A stretch of DNA of 64,000 nucleotides from Lytechinus pictus (GCF_037042905.1 NC_087249.1:32922001-32986000), one strand, 5' to 3'. Positions 25,201 to 38,179 are shown, numbered from the stretch's first letter. Program-made: numbers and translations. The notes: generated from the sequence alone by a model not told the origin.

Positions 25201-28200
25201 TGAAAGGACCGGTGACAAAGATGATAGTTCCATCAGATGGTATCTGAACTGGTTTAAAATGTTTGCTGTGAAAAAGGTTCATCAAGCTACGGTTATAAAT
25301 GAAACATCGGGAGAAACATATCATCCCACGGTATTTGGTAAGTTTCTGTAATACCAAAACGTTGGAATATTCTTTGCAATGCAATTAAATTTATCTCCAT
25401 TAAAATACAAATCGATATCAGCAAATAAGATATATTACGTATCAATAATAATTGGATTAACATTTAACTATTCTCATATACTGTAAACACGCCTACTTGC
25501 TTGATTAAATTCATCCTACTTAATTTCCACATAGTTAGGTATATGTTGTGAGTCGTCATTTGCATGCACAAAATAATAATGTACACATTACTTTAAAAAA
25601 TAATATCTAATTCAAACCAGCGAACTTCAGTGATAACCTCCATCAGAGTCTAAGGTCATGCTGCCGGGAATGAAGACAAAGAGACAAACTTTTATCCGCA
25701 GACCTTTTTTTCGACATAATATTTGAAGCAGATGGTTACACAACATTTGCTCCTACGACATTTGCTCCGGTCTTAATATCTCCGAGGGCGTAGGGTTATA
25801 GAGTTAGGATTCTAGTAGAGTTTTTCGTTCAGAATAATGATAAGAGATGGATTAGGGGTTATAGTTTTGGAGGTTATACATTTTATGTTTGGCTTATAAC
25901 GTACATATTTTACATCGGAGCAATTGTCGCCGGAGCAAATGTCATGGAACTGACCAGATGTAGGCCTACCATGTATTGATTTAATACCGTTTAGATAAAC
26001 GTAACATGAAGACAATGCTTTGATGACTATTGCGTTACATATTTCTAGGATTCCTATTTCAAGGAATGGTAACCATATCCAATTATATGTTTTAATATCT
26101 ATAAAGCATCACCTTTATCTGTTATCAAATATGAACATGTTGAGTAGATTAAATAAGTATAGTGCTCCCGGATTGACGTAAATCACACCGTTGTCACTCT
26201 CTGTGTATAGACTGTTACCCGTTATTGCCGAAACTCATTTTGATTGAACTTTCAAAATTATGACTCGAGAACAATAGTCAGGAATTTTACAACTATATTA
26301 ATAACCATAATTATCATAATCTATTTCGTCATCACCGCCACCATCTTGTTCTTCTTTTTAGGTGACGGTTCGATCAGTACTGCCTACTCAATCGGCAACG
26401 CTTGGATCAAGGAAAACCCAAATGCCTCGGATCCTCCTTATACGAACGCGGAATTACTGCACGCCATTCAACCCAAAGCTAAAATCATCATCATTTTAAG
26501 AAATCCTACAGAAAGGTATGTCAGTCTGTCTTGTGATACTCCTTTCAATCAAATTCGTCTCACAATCCCCACCCCCTAGTTTCTCTCCCTTTCTGTACCC
26601 CTCCCCTATTGACAGGACCCTGTCCACGGATGATTATTCTATTGTTTAGGGTGCTGAGCATTGTCACAGCACCCCCAGTAACAATAGCTAATCCTACATG
26701 GCCAGGTCCATGCCTATTGATTTGCCTTAAATCTCCTTTTGTTTCTATCTGTATCTTCCTCTTATCTCTGTCAATAATCCTACTTACTAAGTAAGTCGAT
26801 CAATCTGTATTAAATATGGTAATTTGAAGTTTAATTTCCTATATGCACTAACCTATCCGATTGTTTGGTTCATTTCGCTATTTCGTTGTAGAAAACTCTT
26901 AGTAGCAGTATAGTTTGTATCGNNNNNNNNNNNNNNNNNNNNNNNNNNNNNNNNNNNNNNNNNNNNNNNNNNNNNNNNNNNNNNNNNNNNNNNNNNNNNN
27001 NNNNNNNNNNNNNNNNNNNNNNNNNNNNNNNNNNNNNNNNNNNNNNNNNNNNNNNNNNNNNNNNNNNNNNNNNNNNNNNNNNNNNNNNNNNNNNNNNNNN
27101 NNNNNNNNNNNNNNNNNNNNNNNNNNNNNNNNNNNNNNNNNNNNNNNNNNNNGGACAAGTCCACCCCAAAACAAAGTTGATTTGAATAAAAAGAGAAAAA
27201 TCCAACAAGCATAAACACTGAAAATTTAATCAAAATCAGATATAAAAAAGAAAGTTATGACATTTTTAAGTTTTGCTTAATTTCACAAACAGTCGTATGC
27301 ACATCCTGATCGGTATGCAATGGGAAGACCGATGACGTCATCCACTCACTATTCATTTTGTATTTTATTAAACGAAATATGAAATATTTCAATTTTTCTC
27401 CACATTGTCAAGTGAAACAACAATTATTTCCTCCTTGAACATGTTGAATTAGCATTGTTTAATACTATATGTTTCAGTAAATCTGGTAATTATTGTAAAA
27501 ACTGTACAAAATAAAATATTGTATAACTCAAACCATAAAAAGCAAAAGAAACAGTGAGTGAGGGAGACATCATCGACGGTCTTATTTGCATGTCACTGAA
27601 TTGTGCACGTCACTGTTTGTGAAAAATAAGTAAAACTTTAAAATGTCACAATGTTCTTATTCTACATCCGATTTTTATGAAATTTTCAGCGTTATGCTAG
27701 TTTGATTTTTCCTCTATTTATTCAAATCAACATTTTTTCTGGGGTGTACTTGACCTTTAAATAGCAAACGTTATATTTGAAATATATCGTGATTTCCCTT
27801 TTCAGTATCAGTCAACACATAATACACACCACCATCTCCGTTTAAATTTGATAGGTTAATTGAGTAATTAACTAAAACTAGCTAGCATATCAATTTTTTT
27901 ATGCATTTTAGCTTATTTAATTGTTTGTTTATCTGTCATCAATTCATCATGTAGCATTAGCTTCGGATTTAATTCCTACGCTGTTCGAATTTTGTTTTCC
28001 TGAAGCACGAACGATAATTAGCAAACCTTGTCATTCATTTTACTGAAATATGTAGGGGAAGGCGGGGTAAGTTGAGCATAGGGGCAAGTTGAGCCACTAG
28101 CCCCAGGCCAATAATGAATGAGTCAGACATTGTGGTGGTGTCATGTATTGATGACCCATTGCATAAACCCTAACCCCACCACATTGTTTTCAACTTTGAA

Positions 28201-31200
28201 ACAAAAAATACTTTTTTAGAGGGAAAAATACAAATTTCAGGCAAAAATGTAAAAAAGGGTATGAAAAAGATAAGTGCTTTTTACCCACACAGGTCTTTAC
28301 ATATAATAAAGAAATACGAACAATATTGTTAGTCCAGGTATGGATCTTCGTTCTTGTCGTAGTCTTTTACATGATGGATCTATAAGAAATGTGTGGATGC
28401 GAAATTATCTCAAGTTCGGACTGGGATAAGTTGAGCCAACCAACATGGGGCTGGGCAAGTTGAGCCATGGCAATGTTTATGGTAATGTATAATATATATT
28501 AAAAGAACCTTAAAAGGCCATCGATATGCGGGCAGAAAGGAGCAAATTTACATGACTTTTCTTTTCTTTTTCGAGGATGTGAGTATTTATAGACAATTGG
28601 CAAGTGAAAAGACTTTAAATAAAAAAAGATTGACATGCTGGTTCTTCCCCCATTCATTTTGTACGTAGTTTTTGTGGCTCAACTTGCCCCTCAAGGTGGC
28701 TCAACTTACCCCACAGATGGGGCAAGTTGAGCCATTTGACATCACTTTTTTCAAAGGCGACAATGACATTCAGTGTCGGGGTAGGAAATTATACATAGGT
28801 GAAAAATATTTCAGAAGAATTAAATTTTAAGGCAAGATACTTATTTATACAAGATAATCAATCATATCAATTCTAACATGCAAAAGTCAAAAAGTGTCAC
28901 AACTTACCCCGCCTTCCCCTACTGTTTATATTGGTCTGGAGCTTTTCGAATTTCTTCTAAACGCTCTTACAAATTCGACTATTTTTAAGAAAATGCGATC
29001 ACTTCCATGAATTAAAAGTCATTGAATTGTTTTCAAAAAAAAATAATGAGTTAAAATTTCTCCGTCTTTCTATTCTGTAAAGTAATCCTCCTTGTAGTGA
29101 GTTCAAAGACCATTTGTCTTATTTTCCTTTCAATTTGCAAAATGTAAGCTTGATCAGTTAACCTTTTTAAATGTAAAGGATCAAACTGATGAAGAAGGGA
29201 CATCCAATCCAGCGCTGAAAGAAACTAATATTTTAAGATGAATTTTGTCTTCAGGGGAAACGCCATCTTCGTGGTTTTAGTAATATACGCTGGCATTCCT
29301 ATAGATTTCAGAAACAGATTTCTTCAAAAAATTATTTCTGATTATTATCAGGAAAAAATGAAAGATGATTTTTCTTCGAAACCCGGGAGCAACTTCGAAT
29401 GATTTAAAAAGAAGGTTGTAAAAAAGCACAGAATAGAAATATGGAATCTAGTAAAAAATAACACATTGTCGTATTGACTTGAGTTGAGGGAGAGTGAAAA
29501 TACTCTCATTCATTTCTTTCAATAATATATAGGCCTACTGTACATGTAACAACACTAGCATACATTTGAACATACATATACACATATAATAAAAAAAAAA
29601 ACATTAAGATGAGATTTAAAAAAAATAGTGAAAGAAAAAAGCACCCCAAAAGCCTCAAAGGCTTGAAAAAGGGGAAAACCAAGAATAAAACATAAGAATG
29701 ATTACAGAAAATGATTCACAAATAGAGCAGGGTACCGGAATGCGACGCCGCAACAGTAAATCTATAATTATCATACACCGTGAGAGCTGGAGACATGGGC
29801 AAAAAAGGTAAAAGACTCGAGTTTGATTGCGATGATCCGCGGGAATGTCGTCAATACTTTCTTTCGAACCAAAAACACTGGCGACAATCATGTTGTCAAT
29901 TTTCTGTTGCCATATAGCCAATGTATATATATTTTTCATGTTTGACTATATGTAGGAACATTGAATTGGAAAATTTCTTGTTAAGATTTTGTCGAAGAGT
30001 CTGACACTAGATTGTATATGAAGGTGCTTTGGTTTCTCGAGTTGCGAGTGTCTGACTGCGAATGTACATTCAGATCGGGCTCCGAACACGCTTATTGTTG
30101 GTGTCAACTTCAAGTTGCGATCTTTTTTGGGTTCTTGAATATCAGAATTCTTGTTAACAGCACTGCTTAATTTGTACAAAGAGAAAAGTGGATTAAATTC
30201 GTCGTTACAGATCCCTGTAATTAGGCCTATCAGCTTTCAGGGACAAAAACCTACTCCCTGTACTGGTTACAGAGCCAGACTGACTTCAAACGTGTCGAAA
30301 TATTGGGCTATATCGTTCCACCCATTGGCAAATCCTATACACTAAAAAATATTGGGTAAGTGTTTATCTAGCACGAGGGTAATTATGTGTCCAACCAATT
30401 TGGGGCAGTATGGGGCAGTGCGGGAAGCACATTGTCCAGTAAGGTTAAAAATAGGCAGCAATTAATTTGGAATGGGCAAAATTTTCATCACACTGGATAA
30501 ATAAAAATGCCCAAAAGAAATGCCCAATGTTGGTTGGACACATAAGTACCCTCACGGAGCATTTTTACCCAATATTTAGAGTGTAGATAATTTTGCTTAA
30601 TGCCATACTGCAGGCTGCAAAATAATATTTGTATAAATTATGTTTATAAACATATCTACAGAAGGCACTTGCCTCCAATGGTGAAAAATCCCATTCTCAA
30701 AGAGGGAGGAACGAGAATAAACATGGGTTTTAACATGGATAGCAAACATTTTTCTTTTAAGAAATTGCCTGCACTCTTAAAAATGTTGGGTAACATACTG
30801 TTCACACAACAATTGGTTAAAACTTTATCAAATTCGGGGTAGTTTTAAACCAATAATGTGTGCTTTGGGTGAAAACTACACAGTATTGGTTGAAAACTAC
30901 CCGAAGTTGGATAGATTTTATAACTAATCGTTGTGTGGACAGTATGTTACCCAACATTTTAAGAGTGTGTCGTGATTGAAGCATAGAGGCCTATTACAAG
31001 AAGTTCGAATCCCATCGCTGGAGTAGATCCATTGGCATGTCGACTTTGTTTAATGTATGAACAAGTTGGGGCATTCTTCTCAAGATCAATAATAACCTTT
31101 TCAACATTGTCAACTACATACGCATAAGAAGGATGCGCATATTATGTTTAATCCATATAAATTTGCCATGAAACATATGTACCTAATCATTTTAATTTTT

Positions 31201-34200
31201 GTTTATTATTTTATGTTGCAGAGCAAGATCGTGGTACTACTACACCCACCCCTTAAATACTCCAGATGACTGGCATATGAACGCAATGACATCAATAGAA
31301 TGCTATAACAGTTGTATGAAACAACACAACGAGAGATACTGCGCGTATGCATTTGGATGCGTAAGTTCAGTTAATATTGTAAGGTTTATAATGTATGACG
31401 ATATTGCTAAGGCTACCAAAATATCAATTTTAGGTAATGAATTTGATTGGTTCCTATATATTTGAAATGCGTAAAGAAAGCAATGACGCATATTATCCAA
31501 CTAATCATGTTCAGGACATATCGCCCGGGTGTAGCCGAGAAACAAGCGAGAAAGTATCTTTGTATTATTTTATTTATTTATTTCATTTTTTGGGGGGACG
31601 TCGAAATTATCATTGTTTCAAACTTTTCTCACTTTAAGAATATCATAACTTTCGCTTATTCTTCACAAAAAGTTATATGCACAACTCAGTGGTATGCAAA
31701 TTAGAGAGTCAATGGTGCCCCTCATTTTGTTGTTTTTGTTGTTTGTTTGAATAAAATATCATACGATATTTAATTTTTTACAGATTTGACAATAACGACC
31801 AAATTGAGTGAATCACAAAATGTTAAAACAAAGGTAATTTCACATTTTCAGAGAGGAATGAATCTTTGTTTCACATGACAATGTATAAAAAATTATAATA
31901 TTTCTTCATAGGCAGATCCAACGTGGCCCGACCTCCCCCCCCCCCCCATTGGCGGAGCAAAAAAAGCAAAAAAAGGGGGAGGGGGAAACAGGGGGTAAAA
32001 AAATAGGAGAAAAGGAAAAAAAAAGAGGAGGAAGGCGATTGAATAAAATAAGATGAGGGGAAGTCTTAAAAAGTAAGAAAATCTTTCATGTCACTATATA
32101 AAATTTTCGCTAGCTCTTCACGCTCGCATTGCCTCACCGATGATACATATCTTGATTAATAGGCTGATATAGAGCTTTAAAAATATCATATTTGAAGTCA
32201 ATATACTAAATATATTGCATCGTACATCAAGCTTTCATTATTTGTTTGATTTACAAATTAATATTAAAAATGTCCACTTTATGGTCTGAATATCAACATT
32301 TTCAGCTCGCGCTGCGCGCTCGCAATATTTGATTTAATTGTTGAGTACCTATTTTCTCTTCGTGTATTCCACAAAGTTAAAAAAAAAACCCTGTCGGGTC
32401 TAATTGTCAAATTTTGACTGAGTTACAGTATGTACACCTGTATAATGATACTATAACAAACTTCTTTTCATGACAGTTTATCAATTAAAATTTTCGGCTC
32501 GTGATTTGCGCTCGCATCGATTGTTAAAATATATTTACCCATGCATCCATTTTGTAATTAAAAAAGTGCTTAAAATGTCAATTTTTCAGGCCTTGATATT
32601 TACATATTTTGCGCTCTCATTAGGTTTATTAGATTAATTAATAAGATAACATTTTTATGAATTCCTATATGTGTCCCTTTGTCAGAATGGAATATCGACA
32701 AGTTTCATCTCGCGGTTACATGCTTAGAAAGAGGAATAGGAAGATAGTCATAATTTTCATATAATGACGAAAGTTCTTAGAGTGACCCGGTCCTAGGTCA
32801 AAATAATAGGCCTAATTAAAAAATATCAGCTCGAGCTTCGCGCTCACATCATTTATTACGTGCAATTCATATCAACTTCGCAATTTTCCTACACAGTGCT
32901 TGAAATAGAGCTTGAATGGACCCTTTTCAGATCGGAATATCAAATATTTTCAACTCGCGCTTCGTGCTCGCATTCATCTTCATTAAAAAAATGTATTTAC
33001 AATGCCAAAAATCTAGGTCTAAATATAAAACACGAGCACGCATGTTTATTGAGATACGCAGCTTGTTCTTGTTTTTCAAAACGTGCATAAATTATCCAGT
33101 TTCAGATCAGAATATCAAACATTTTCTACTCGCGCTTCGCACTCGCAATTTGTATGTAGGAAGATACCGAATTGCCCAGTTTTCATGAATAGTGTCCTGT
33201 TTTAGGTCTAAATCTAAACAGCATTTCAGTTGAGAATTGCCCCTCTCTGTTCCCCTTGGAAGACGGTGCTCTTTCAGAAGCATTGTAGCGCATTCTGCTT
33301 CGGGCTCTATGACCTCTTCTTTCCGCCTTTACACTCTGCCTGTGGCTCCACGCCTCAATCCCTAATGCTTCCCCTTTGCCCCTTCCTGTCATTCTTTCAT
33401 TGTACATTCTACTTACCTAAGGCTTACTTACCACCAGAAAATGTTACCATTAATTCCTCAGTCACATTTGCTCTACGGCGGCTTACAGCGAGTCGAAAAC
33501 AGCCGTTTTAACATTTTTTGTAATAGTATAGGTGGTTTGAATAAAAATGAATAAAACGACTGTTTCGACTCGCCGTATATACGGCCGCCGGAGAGCAAAT
33601 CTGACTGAGGTATATTGCCGTTAAAGCTACGCACGATTTCACGAACGACTCTTTCTGGGAACCGCTCATTTTTCCTGACATTCTAAGAAAGTATTATAGT
33701 TCTTCCTAAAAGTCTAGTTGAAATTATGCCACAACAAATATTTCGGCATTAGTCATTATATTTGGCCAATGTGATTTAAACGAGATGAGAAATCAACAAG
33801 GATTACCATGGTCTCTTTCACCTTTCGACTTAAGTCATCTTTGCATACATAATACCTCTATTCTTAACCCGACTTGTATTACAAAATAATCAAATGAGTC
33901 ATAATATGATTCGAGGGTAATTGTCAATATACCGAGATCGGCTTTATTGATTTTTTTTCTAACTGTATTTCAAATTGATTCAACTATTTTAACTGTATTG
34001 TTTGGTGATGTGAATATAATTTGAATTGTAGCAATTTATAAAGTTATGAGTTTGGTAGAAATTTCAAGAAAGTATTTCAACGAAAAACCCCCAACAAAAA
34101 TTTCTAATGACTAAAGTAGTCATGGCTATGATAATTGGTCGTTCAGTTGAAATAATATAGGAGGAATGTTTAAAGAAAAAAACATTTGACAAGATTTCCT

Positions 34201-34766
34201 AAAATTTTTAACACCTTTTGATCTCGTTTCCGCTTACCTGTACTTCTTTTCGCACCTGAGTTTGTACTCGTTTGATACCAGCATATTTTCTTATTGACAA
34301 TTCTTGTTGTCGCGTCCCCATTCCTTACATCCTTCATTCTAGCACGCTGAAACCTGACACCATTGAAAAATAGAAGAAACCCCCAAAGGCTGCCAACTCA
34401 CAATGAGGAATGGAGAAAAAAAAATGAAGTACAGTAATAACAAACGGAACAAACATAGATCTGATCAAAACATGAAATAGTACATTTTGAGGCGTTGCGT
34501 GTTTTGACACTCCAATCGCTGCAGGCCTATAGCGTTGGGTTTGTTCACCAATAAAACGGAAGTGGAAGTGTCTTTATGTTCTTGGTGTATTGGGGAGTTG
34601 AAATCTCAATCCACTTGGTAGATTTCAATCTGAAATTTCGCCTTGTGACACACTTGATGGTTAGAATCTGATATTAACTCATCAATCCGATCGCCAACTT
34701 ACATTTTTTTTCATTTGCTTTTTTAGAGGTATTCATAAAAATCATCTATTTTATCATTATCACTTT

Positions 34767-34814
<48 letters not shown>

Positions 34815-37280
34815 AATGTGTGAAATTATACATGTACAGCAGCTTTGGCAACTCTTTTATTTANNNNNNNNNNNNNNNNNNNNNNNNNNNNNNNNNNNNN
34901 NNNNNNNNNNNNNNNNNNNNNNNNNNNNNNNNNNNNNNNNNNNNNNNNNNNNNNNNNNNNNNNNNNNNNNNNNNNNNNNNNNNNNNNNNNNNNNNNNNNN
35001 NNNTTTAATATTTTTTTTCTCATTTCATGTTTTGTGGGGGTAGGGGTGCTGGGGGCTTATCGGGTGTAATGCAGGAAACTAGCGGAAGCAGTTATCCCCA
35101 GCAAATTTGTCTTAAACCTGTTATTCGAATAAGTCGGTGTACTCAACTGATTGGCAACACGTCTCAGCTTCATTAATTCTAGCCTTGCAGCATTCTAAAC
35201 GCTCCAGCTCACCTGTTATCGGTTAAAACTCAGAGAAAAGGGGAAATCACAACCCTGTGTGATCAATCACTACATCCCCCTTTCGTACCCCCCTCCCCTC
35301 TCAATTTCTCTCTCTCTCTCTCTTACTCTAATGTTGATTTGGGTTTAAAAAGAACACAAAAACATTAACCACGATAAGAAGCCCACATCACTACTCTCCA
35401 TTGCTTTCTTTCTCTCTTGTTTGCAGGAGTTTCTGTATTAATTGTTAAGTCAAAATACATTTACAATTAACAATCGTAATATGACAATAAAATACAATGC
35501 AATTTGACTAATTTTATTAACAGAGGGGCAATATAAAAATTCAGACATAAATACAATATGTAAGCACACGATAACGTCATGACAAAACGCAGCGGCAAAC
35601 TAGCATGAGAAACACTTGAGTAACAATAGCCAAATGCTCATTCTCTCCATCTCTTCCCCCCTCTCTTTTTCTCTCTGATGTTGATTACGTTTTTAAATTA
35701 CCGATGAAAATAACAATAATGAGGTCCTGAACACTACTCTCTAGCTTATTTTCTGTTACAGTGCTTGCTCCCCTTCTGTCTCATCCTCTCCCTTTATAAT
35801 CTATTCCCCTTCACTCTTAAAAATATATAAAGGGCAAGGATTCAGCATGTTCAAAGTGTAAACCGATTTTATATTTTTTTAATAGTGGTAAATCCTTGTC
35901 CCCTTATCTGATGTTCAGTCTTTTTAGTTCGTGTGTGTATCTGTCTGTTGGTCTCTGCCCGTTCCATTCCCTCTCTCTCCATCCCCCCTCTCTCTCTTTG
36001 CTAAGCCTATATGAAAAAAAGTGAAAAAAGAGGATGTATTTTTCATAATCACTCAAATGTATTTCAATCAATGTTTTTATATATTTGTTCAAAGACAGTT
36101 ACTTATAAAAAAATATTTTTAATCAAGAATATTTAGATATAATTTACAGTTATTATTGAATCCCTTCCAGCATAATTCTACATTTCAGAGATTTTGGTGC
36201 ATTTATACTTTTATCATTCTTATACAGCCTTACACGCCGTTTCAAGGTATCAACGTAGGACTGTATCATATATTCCTTTATGACTGGATCAATGCTTATA
36301 CCCGCGAGGGGGTTTTGGTCCTACGACTCGAGGATTGGCATAAGGACCAGGTCTCAGTTTACAGGACTATCTTACAGTTTCTAGAGCTTAGTAAGTTTTT
36401 GTGTATTTGAAATGATTCGGGAAATGAAAGAGTTACAATGAGTGGGCATTGTCACAGTATGCGCAAGAAGAATTAATATCTTTACATTTTTGGGGTTCAT
36501 TTATACATTTCACTGCATTCTTTTATGGCGCTGTCACATTTCCCAAACGGCGGCCGCACAGCGAGTCGAAAACAGCCGTTTAAACATTTTTTTTGTACCA
36601 GCTGCATACAGGTGGTTTGAATAAGAATGAATAAAACGGCTGTTTGTGACTGCGCCATTATTATCAGATTATTCAATAGGAAGAGGGGCAAGGAAATACG
36701 GAAATTTATAGATTGATGGTTGATAACTAATTGATTCTATTATAATTATATTTATTATTATAATCATTATTATTATTATTATGTTGTTGTTATTTCATTG
36801 TAATAATCATCATCATCATTGTTATTGTTGTCACCTATGCATTCATTATCTTTTCCTTTTTCCTGCAAGAACAAGAGAAAAACTTATTTTGTTTCTGACA
36901 AGAAAAAAATGTAGATATGATTTGATAAGAAATACTTAATCTACGGAAGGAAGATTGTCAGAAAGAATATCTGATCATATACATGTACGTATCACTATGT
37001 ATAACAGCATTTGTTATAGTTATGGAGCTAGATAGCAAAATGTAGCATCATCAATATGAACAGAAGTGTCGATAGCTTGATAAGGTAATTCATTTTATTT
37101 CCTTCACTTTCAGGACCCCTTACAGCTCTAGAGGAAGCAAAGATTTTAGGAAACGGATGGTTCCGAGTCAGCAACAAAGAGGCACAATCAGAAACGAAAA
37201 AGGCTTTGGACGATTTCTACCGCCCTCATAACAAAAAGCTGGCCGACTTATTACAAAATGATATCTATCGGTACCCATAA
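19199..37280 (+). CDS. CHST15: Carbohydrate sulfotransferase 15-like (GalNAc 4-sulfate 6-O-sulfotransferase family), 8 coding exons, about 440 aa: 19199-19210, 20193-20486, 21877-22120, 25188-25337, 26362-26515, 31222-31360, 36228-36390, 37114-37280
   Basis: The spliced CDS is 1323 nt with intron phases 0,0,1,1,2,0,1. The N-terminus is type II membrane (MMLRKRRLCRCF plus a hydrophobic stretch). Family motifs present: KNPCW...CLPYFYLIGMSKCGTTDL (5'-PSB), KEPHWW, GDGSIST, ILRNPTERARSWY (3'-PB), GLYHIFLYDW and LDDFYRPHNKKLADLL. The symbol means family likeness, not proven orthology. Confidence 0.9.
19256..19414. mobile_element. Short palindromic MITE; other copies at 33456-33610 and 36527-36656
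   Basis: Shared core GCGAGTCGAAAACAGCCGTT...ATAAAACGACTGTTT and TIR GTCACATTT/AAATGTGAC. Confidence 0.65.
20193..20486 (+). CDS. CHST15: CHST15-like exon: transmembrane anchor and stem
   Basis: CCAACAG|AAG CGA CGT ... GAA AAA|GTAAGT; encodes KRRLCRCFMILMTTVTVFCVCHFISVK... Confidence 0.8.
20837..21646. mobile_element. piggyBac-like non-autonomous element
   Basis: TGAA|CCCT ... TGG|TTAA ends with subterminal inverted GGGGTCAATTTGACC / GGTCAAATTGACCCC. Confidence 0.6.
21877..22120 (+). CDS. CHST15: CHST15-like exon with the 5'-PSB loop
   Basis: CGACAG|ATA ... GAA G|GTATAC; encodes KNPCW, GMSKCGTTDLW and KEPHWW. Confidence 0.93.
23045..23867. mobile_element. Two inverted copies of a Harbinger-like MITE (23045-23515 and 23593-23867)
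   Basis: Copy A is TAA|GGGCCTTTCCACACG...CGTGTGAAAGGGCGG|TAA. Copy B is its reverse complement with an internal deletion. Confidence 0.75.
23883..24082. mobile_element. Sola2-like MITE
   Basis: AAAT|GGGCAATTCCATAAA ... TTTATGGAATTGCCC|AAAT, i.e. a 4-bp TSD and a GRG terminus. Confidence 0.8.
24750..25951. mobile_element. Two related MITEs with internal degenerate (TTAGGG)n (about 24750-24951 and 25733-25951), flanking a coding exon
   Basis: GACATTTGCTCC-like / GGAGCAAATGTC-like inverted ends with TAGGGTTAGG-like interiors. Confidence 0.55.
25188..25337 (+). CDS. CHST15: CHST15-like exon
   Basis: TTTTAG|TA AAG ... TTT G|GTAAGT; encodes SIRWYLNWF; phases 1/1. Confidence 0.85.
26362..26515 (+). 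CDS. CHST15: CHST15-like exon with the start of the 3'-PB motif
   Basis: TTTTTAG|GT GAC ... GAA AG|GTATGT; encodes GDGSIST...PKAKIIIILRNPTER. Confidence 0.92.
26923..27152. other. Assembly gap
   Basis: Run of N. Confidence 1.
27153..27756. mobile_element. TTAA-TSD (Kolobok-like) MITE; decayed relatives near 31.6-31.9, 56.5-56.9 and 62.0-62.35 kb
   Basis: GGACAAGTCCACCCCA...GTTGATTTGAATAAA pairs with TTTATTCAAATCAAC...TGGGGTGTACTTGACCT|TTAA. The left end abuts the gap. Confidence 0.7.
28055..28919. mobile_element. pogo/Tc1-like non-autonomous element
   Basis: TA|GGGGAAGGCGGGGTAAGTTG ... CAACTTACCCCGCCTTCCCC|TA, with internal repeats of GGGCAAGTTGAGCCA. Confidence 0.85.
30340..30583. mobile_element. 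CAC...GTG MITE (EnSpm/CACTA-like), 2-bp TSD TA
   Basis: TA|CACTAAAAAATATTGGGTAA ... TTACCCAATATTTAGAGTG|TA. Confidence 0.65.
30772..30967. mobile_element. CAC...GTG MITE (EnSpm/CACTA-like), 2-bp TSD TG
   Basis: TG|CACTCTTAAAAATGTTGGGTAACATACTG ... CAGTATGTTACCCAACATTTTAAGAGTG|TG. Confidence 0.75.
31222..31360 (+). CDS. CHST15: CHST15-like exon
   Basis: TTGCAG|A GCA AGA TCG TGG ... TGC|GTAAGT; encodes ARSWYYY...CMKQHNERYCAY. Confidence 0.9.
31910..33220. repeat. Interspersed repeat with an internal degenerate tandem array
   Basis: The motif (A)GCTCGCGCTTCGCGCTCGCA recurs at about 32110, 32305, 32495, 32830, 32953 and 33128, behind a poly-C/poly-purine head. Confidence 0.55.
34864..35003. 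other. Assembly gap; a (TA)n tract lies just upstream at about 34768-34815
   Basis: Run of N. Confidence 1.
36228..36390 (+). CDS. CHST15: CHST15-like exon
   Basis: ATACAG|CCT ... CTT A|GTAAGT; encodes GLYHIFLYDW...LVLRLED...FLEL. Confidence 0.92.
37114..37280 (+). CDS. CHST15: CHST15-like terminal exon (not in the ORF track)
   Basis: CTTTCAG|GA CCC ...; encodes RPLTALEEAKILGNGWFRVSNKEAQSETKKALDDFYRPHNKKLADLLQNDIYRYP*. Confidence 0.92.
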
Positions 37281-37733
37281 TATAACTCATGATTGATCTG
37301 TTAGTGATATCTTCGATCAATCACTATGGAGCGAATGTTAATTTGTTTTCAAATTTTCCGAAAGAAGTTGATTTATAAAACTTATTTTAATGAACATTAC
37401 ATATTAAGGAATGAACCCATGGTTAGGATTTAGATCTATACTAAAAAAGCAGCATTTCTTAAGATATTTAAGATACAACAAACTAGGTGGCATTTCGTGA
37501 AACAAATAGTCGACAATTTTAACTGAAATCTATTATGCTACTTAAATCAATGCATCTGATTTGCTCAGGACAAGTGAGGAAGCGAAATTCGCTGTTCATT
37601 TTATTTCATGAAACACACCCCAGTACTTTCGAAAAGTAAATTTGTGACGTCACTCGTTCGGACGATTGTTTGGACGTTTACTCGTAATTAAGGGAGTAAC
37701 ACATAATGTATCCCTCCATTAGTCTTCTATGTA

Positions 37734-38179
37734 CGGAGCCCGCCAGGTGACATGAAGGAGAAAAAATTCTCCGGACATTATTTCGTTCCCTCGAAATACT
37801 ATCTCGTTCCCACGCAATAGTATTTCGTTCCCACGAAATAATATTTCGTTCCCACGAAATACTATTTCGTTCCCACGCAATACTATTTCGTTCCCACGAA
37901 ATACTATTTCGTTCCCTCGAAATACGATTTCGTTCCCTCGAAATACTATTTCGTTCCCACGCAATATTATTTCGTTCCCACGAAATACTATTTCGTTCCC
38001 ACGCAATATTATTTCGTTCCCACGCAATATTATTTCGTTCCCACGCAATATTATTTCGTTCCCACGAAATATTATTTCGTTCCGACGAAATATTATTGCG
38101 TGGGAAGGAAATAGTATTTCGAGGGAACGAAATAATGTCCGGATAATTTTTTCTCCTTTATGTCACCTGGCGGGCTCCG
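37734..38179. mobile_element. MITE with an internal 21-bp minisatellite
   Basis: TA|CGGAGCCCGCCAGGTGACAT ... ATGTCACCTGGCGGGCTCCG|TA. About 15 direct copies of ATTTCGTTCCCACGAAATATT are followed by about 2 inverted copies. Confidence 0.85.

Noticed and set aside
37719-38048. 109-aa ORF of RGNEIxx repeats; possible CRISPR-like array
   Set aside because: Translation of a 21-bp minisatellite inside a MITE. There are no unique spacers and no cas genes.
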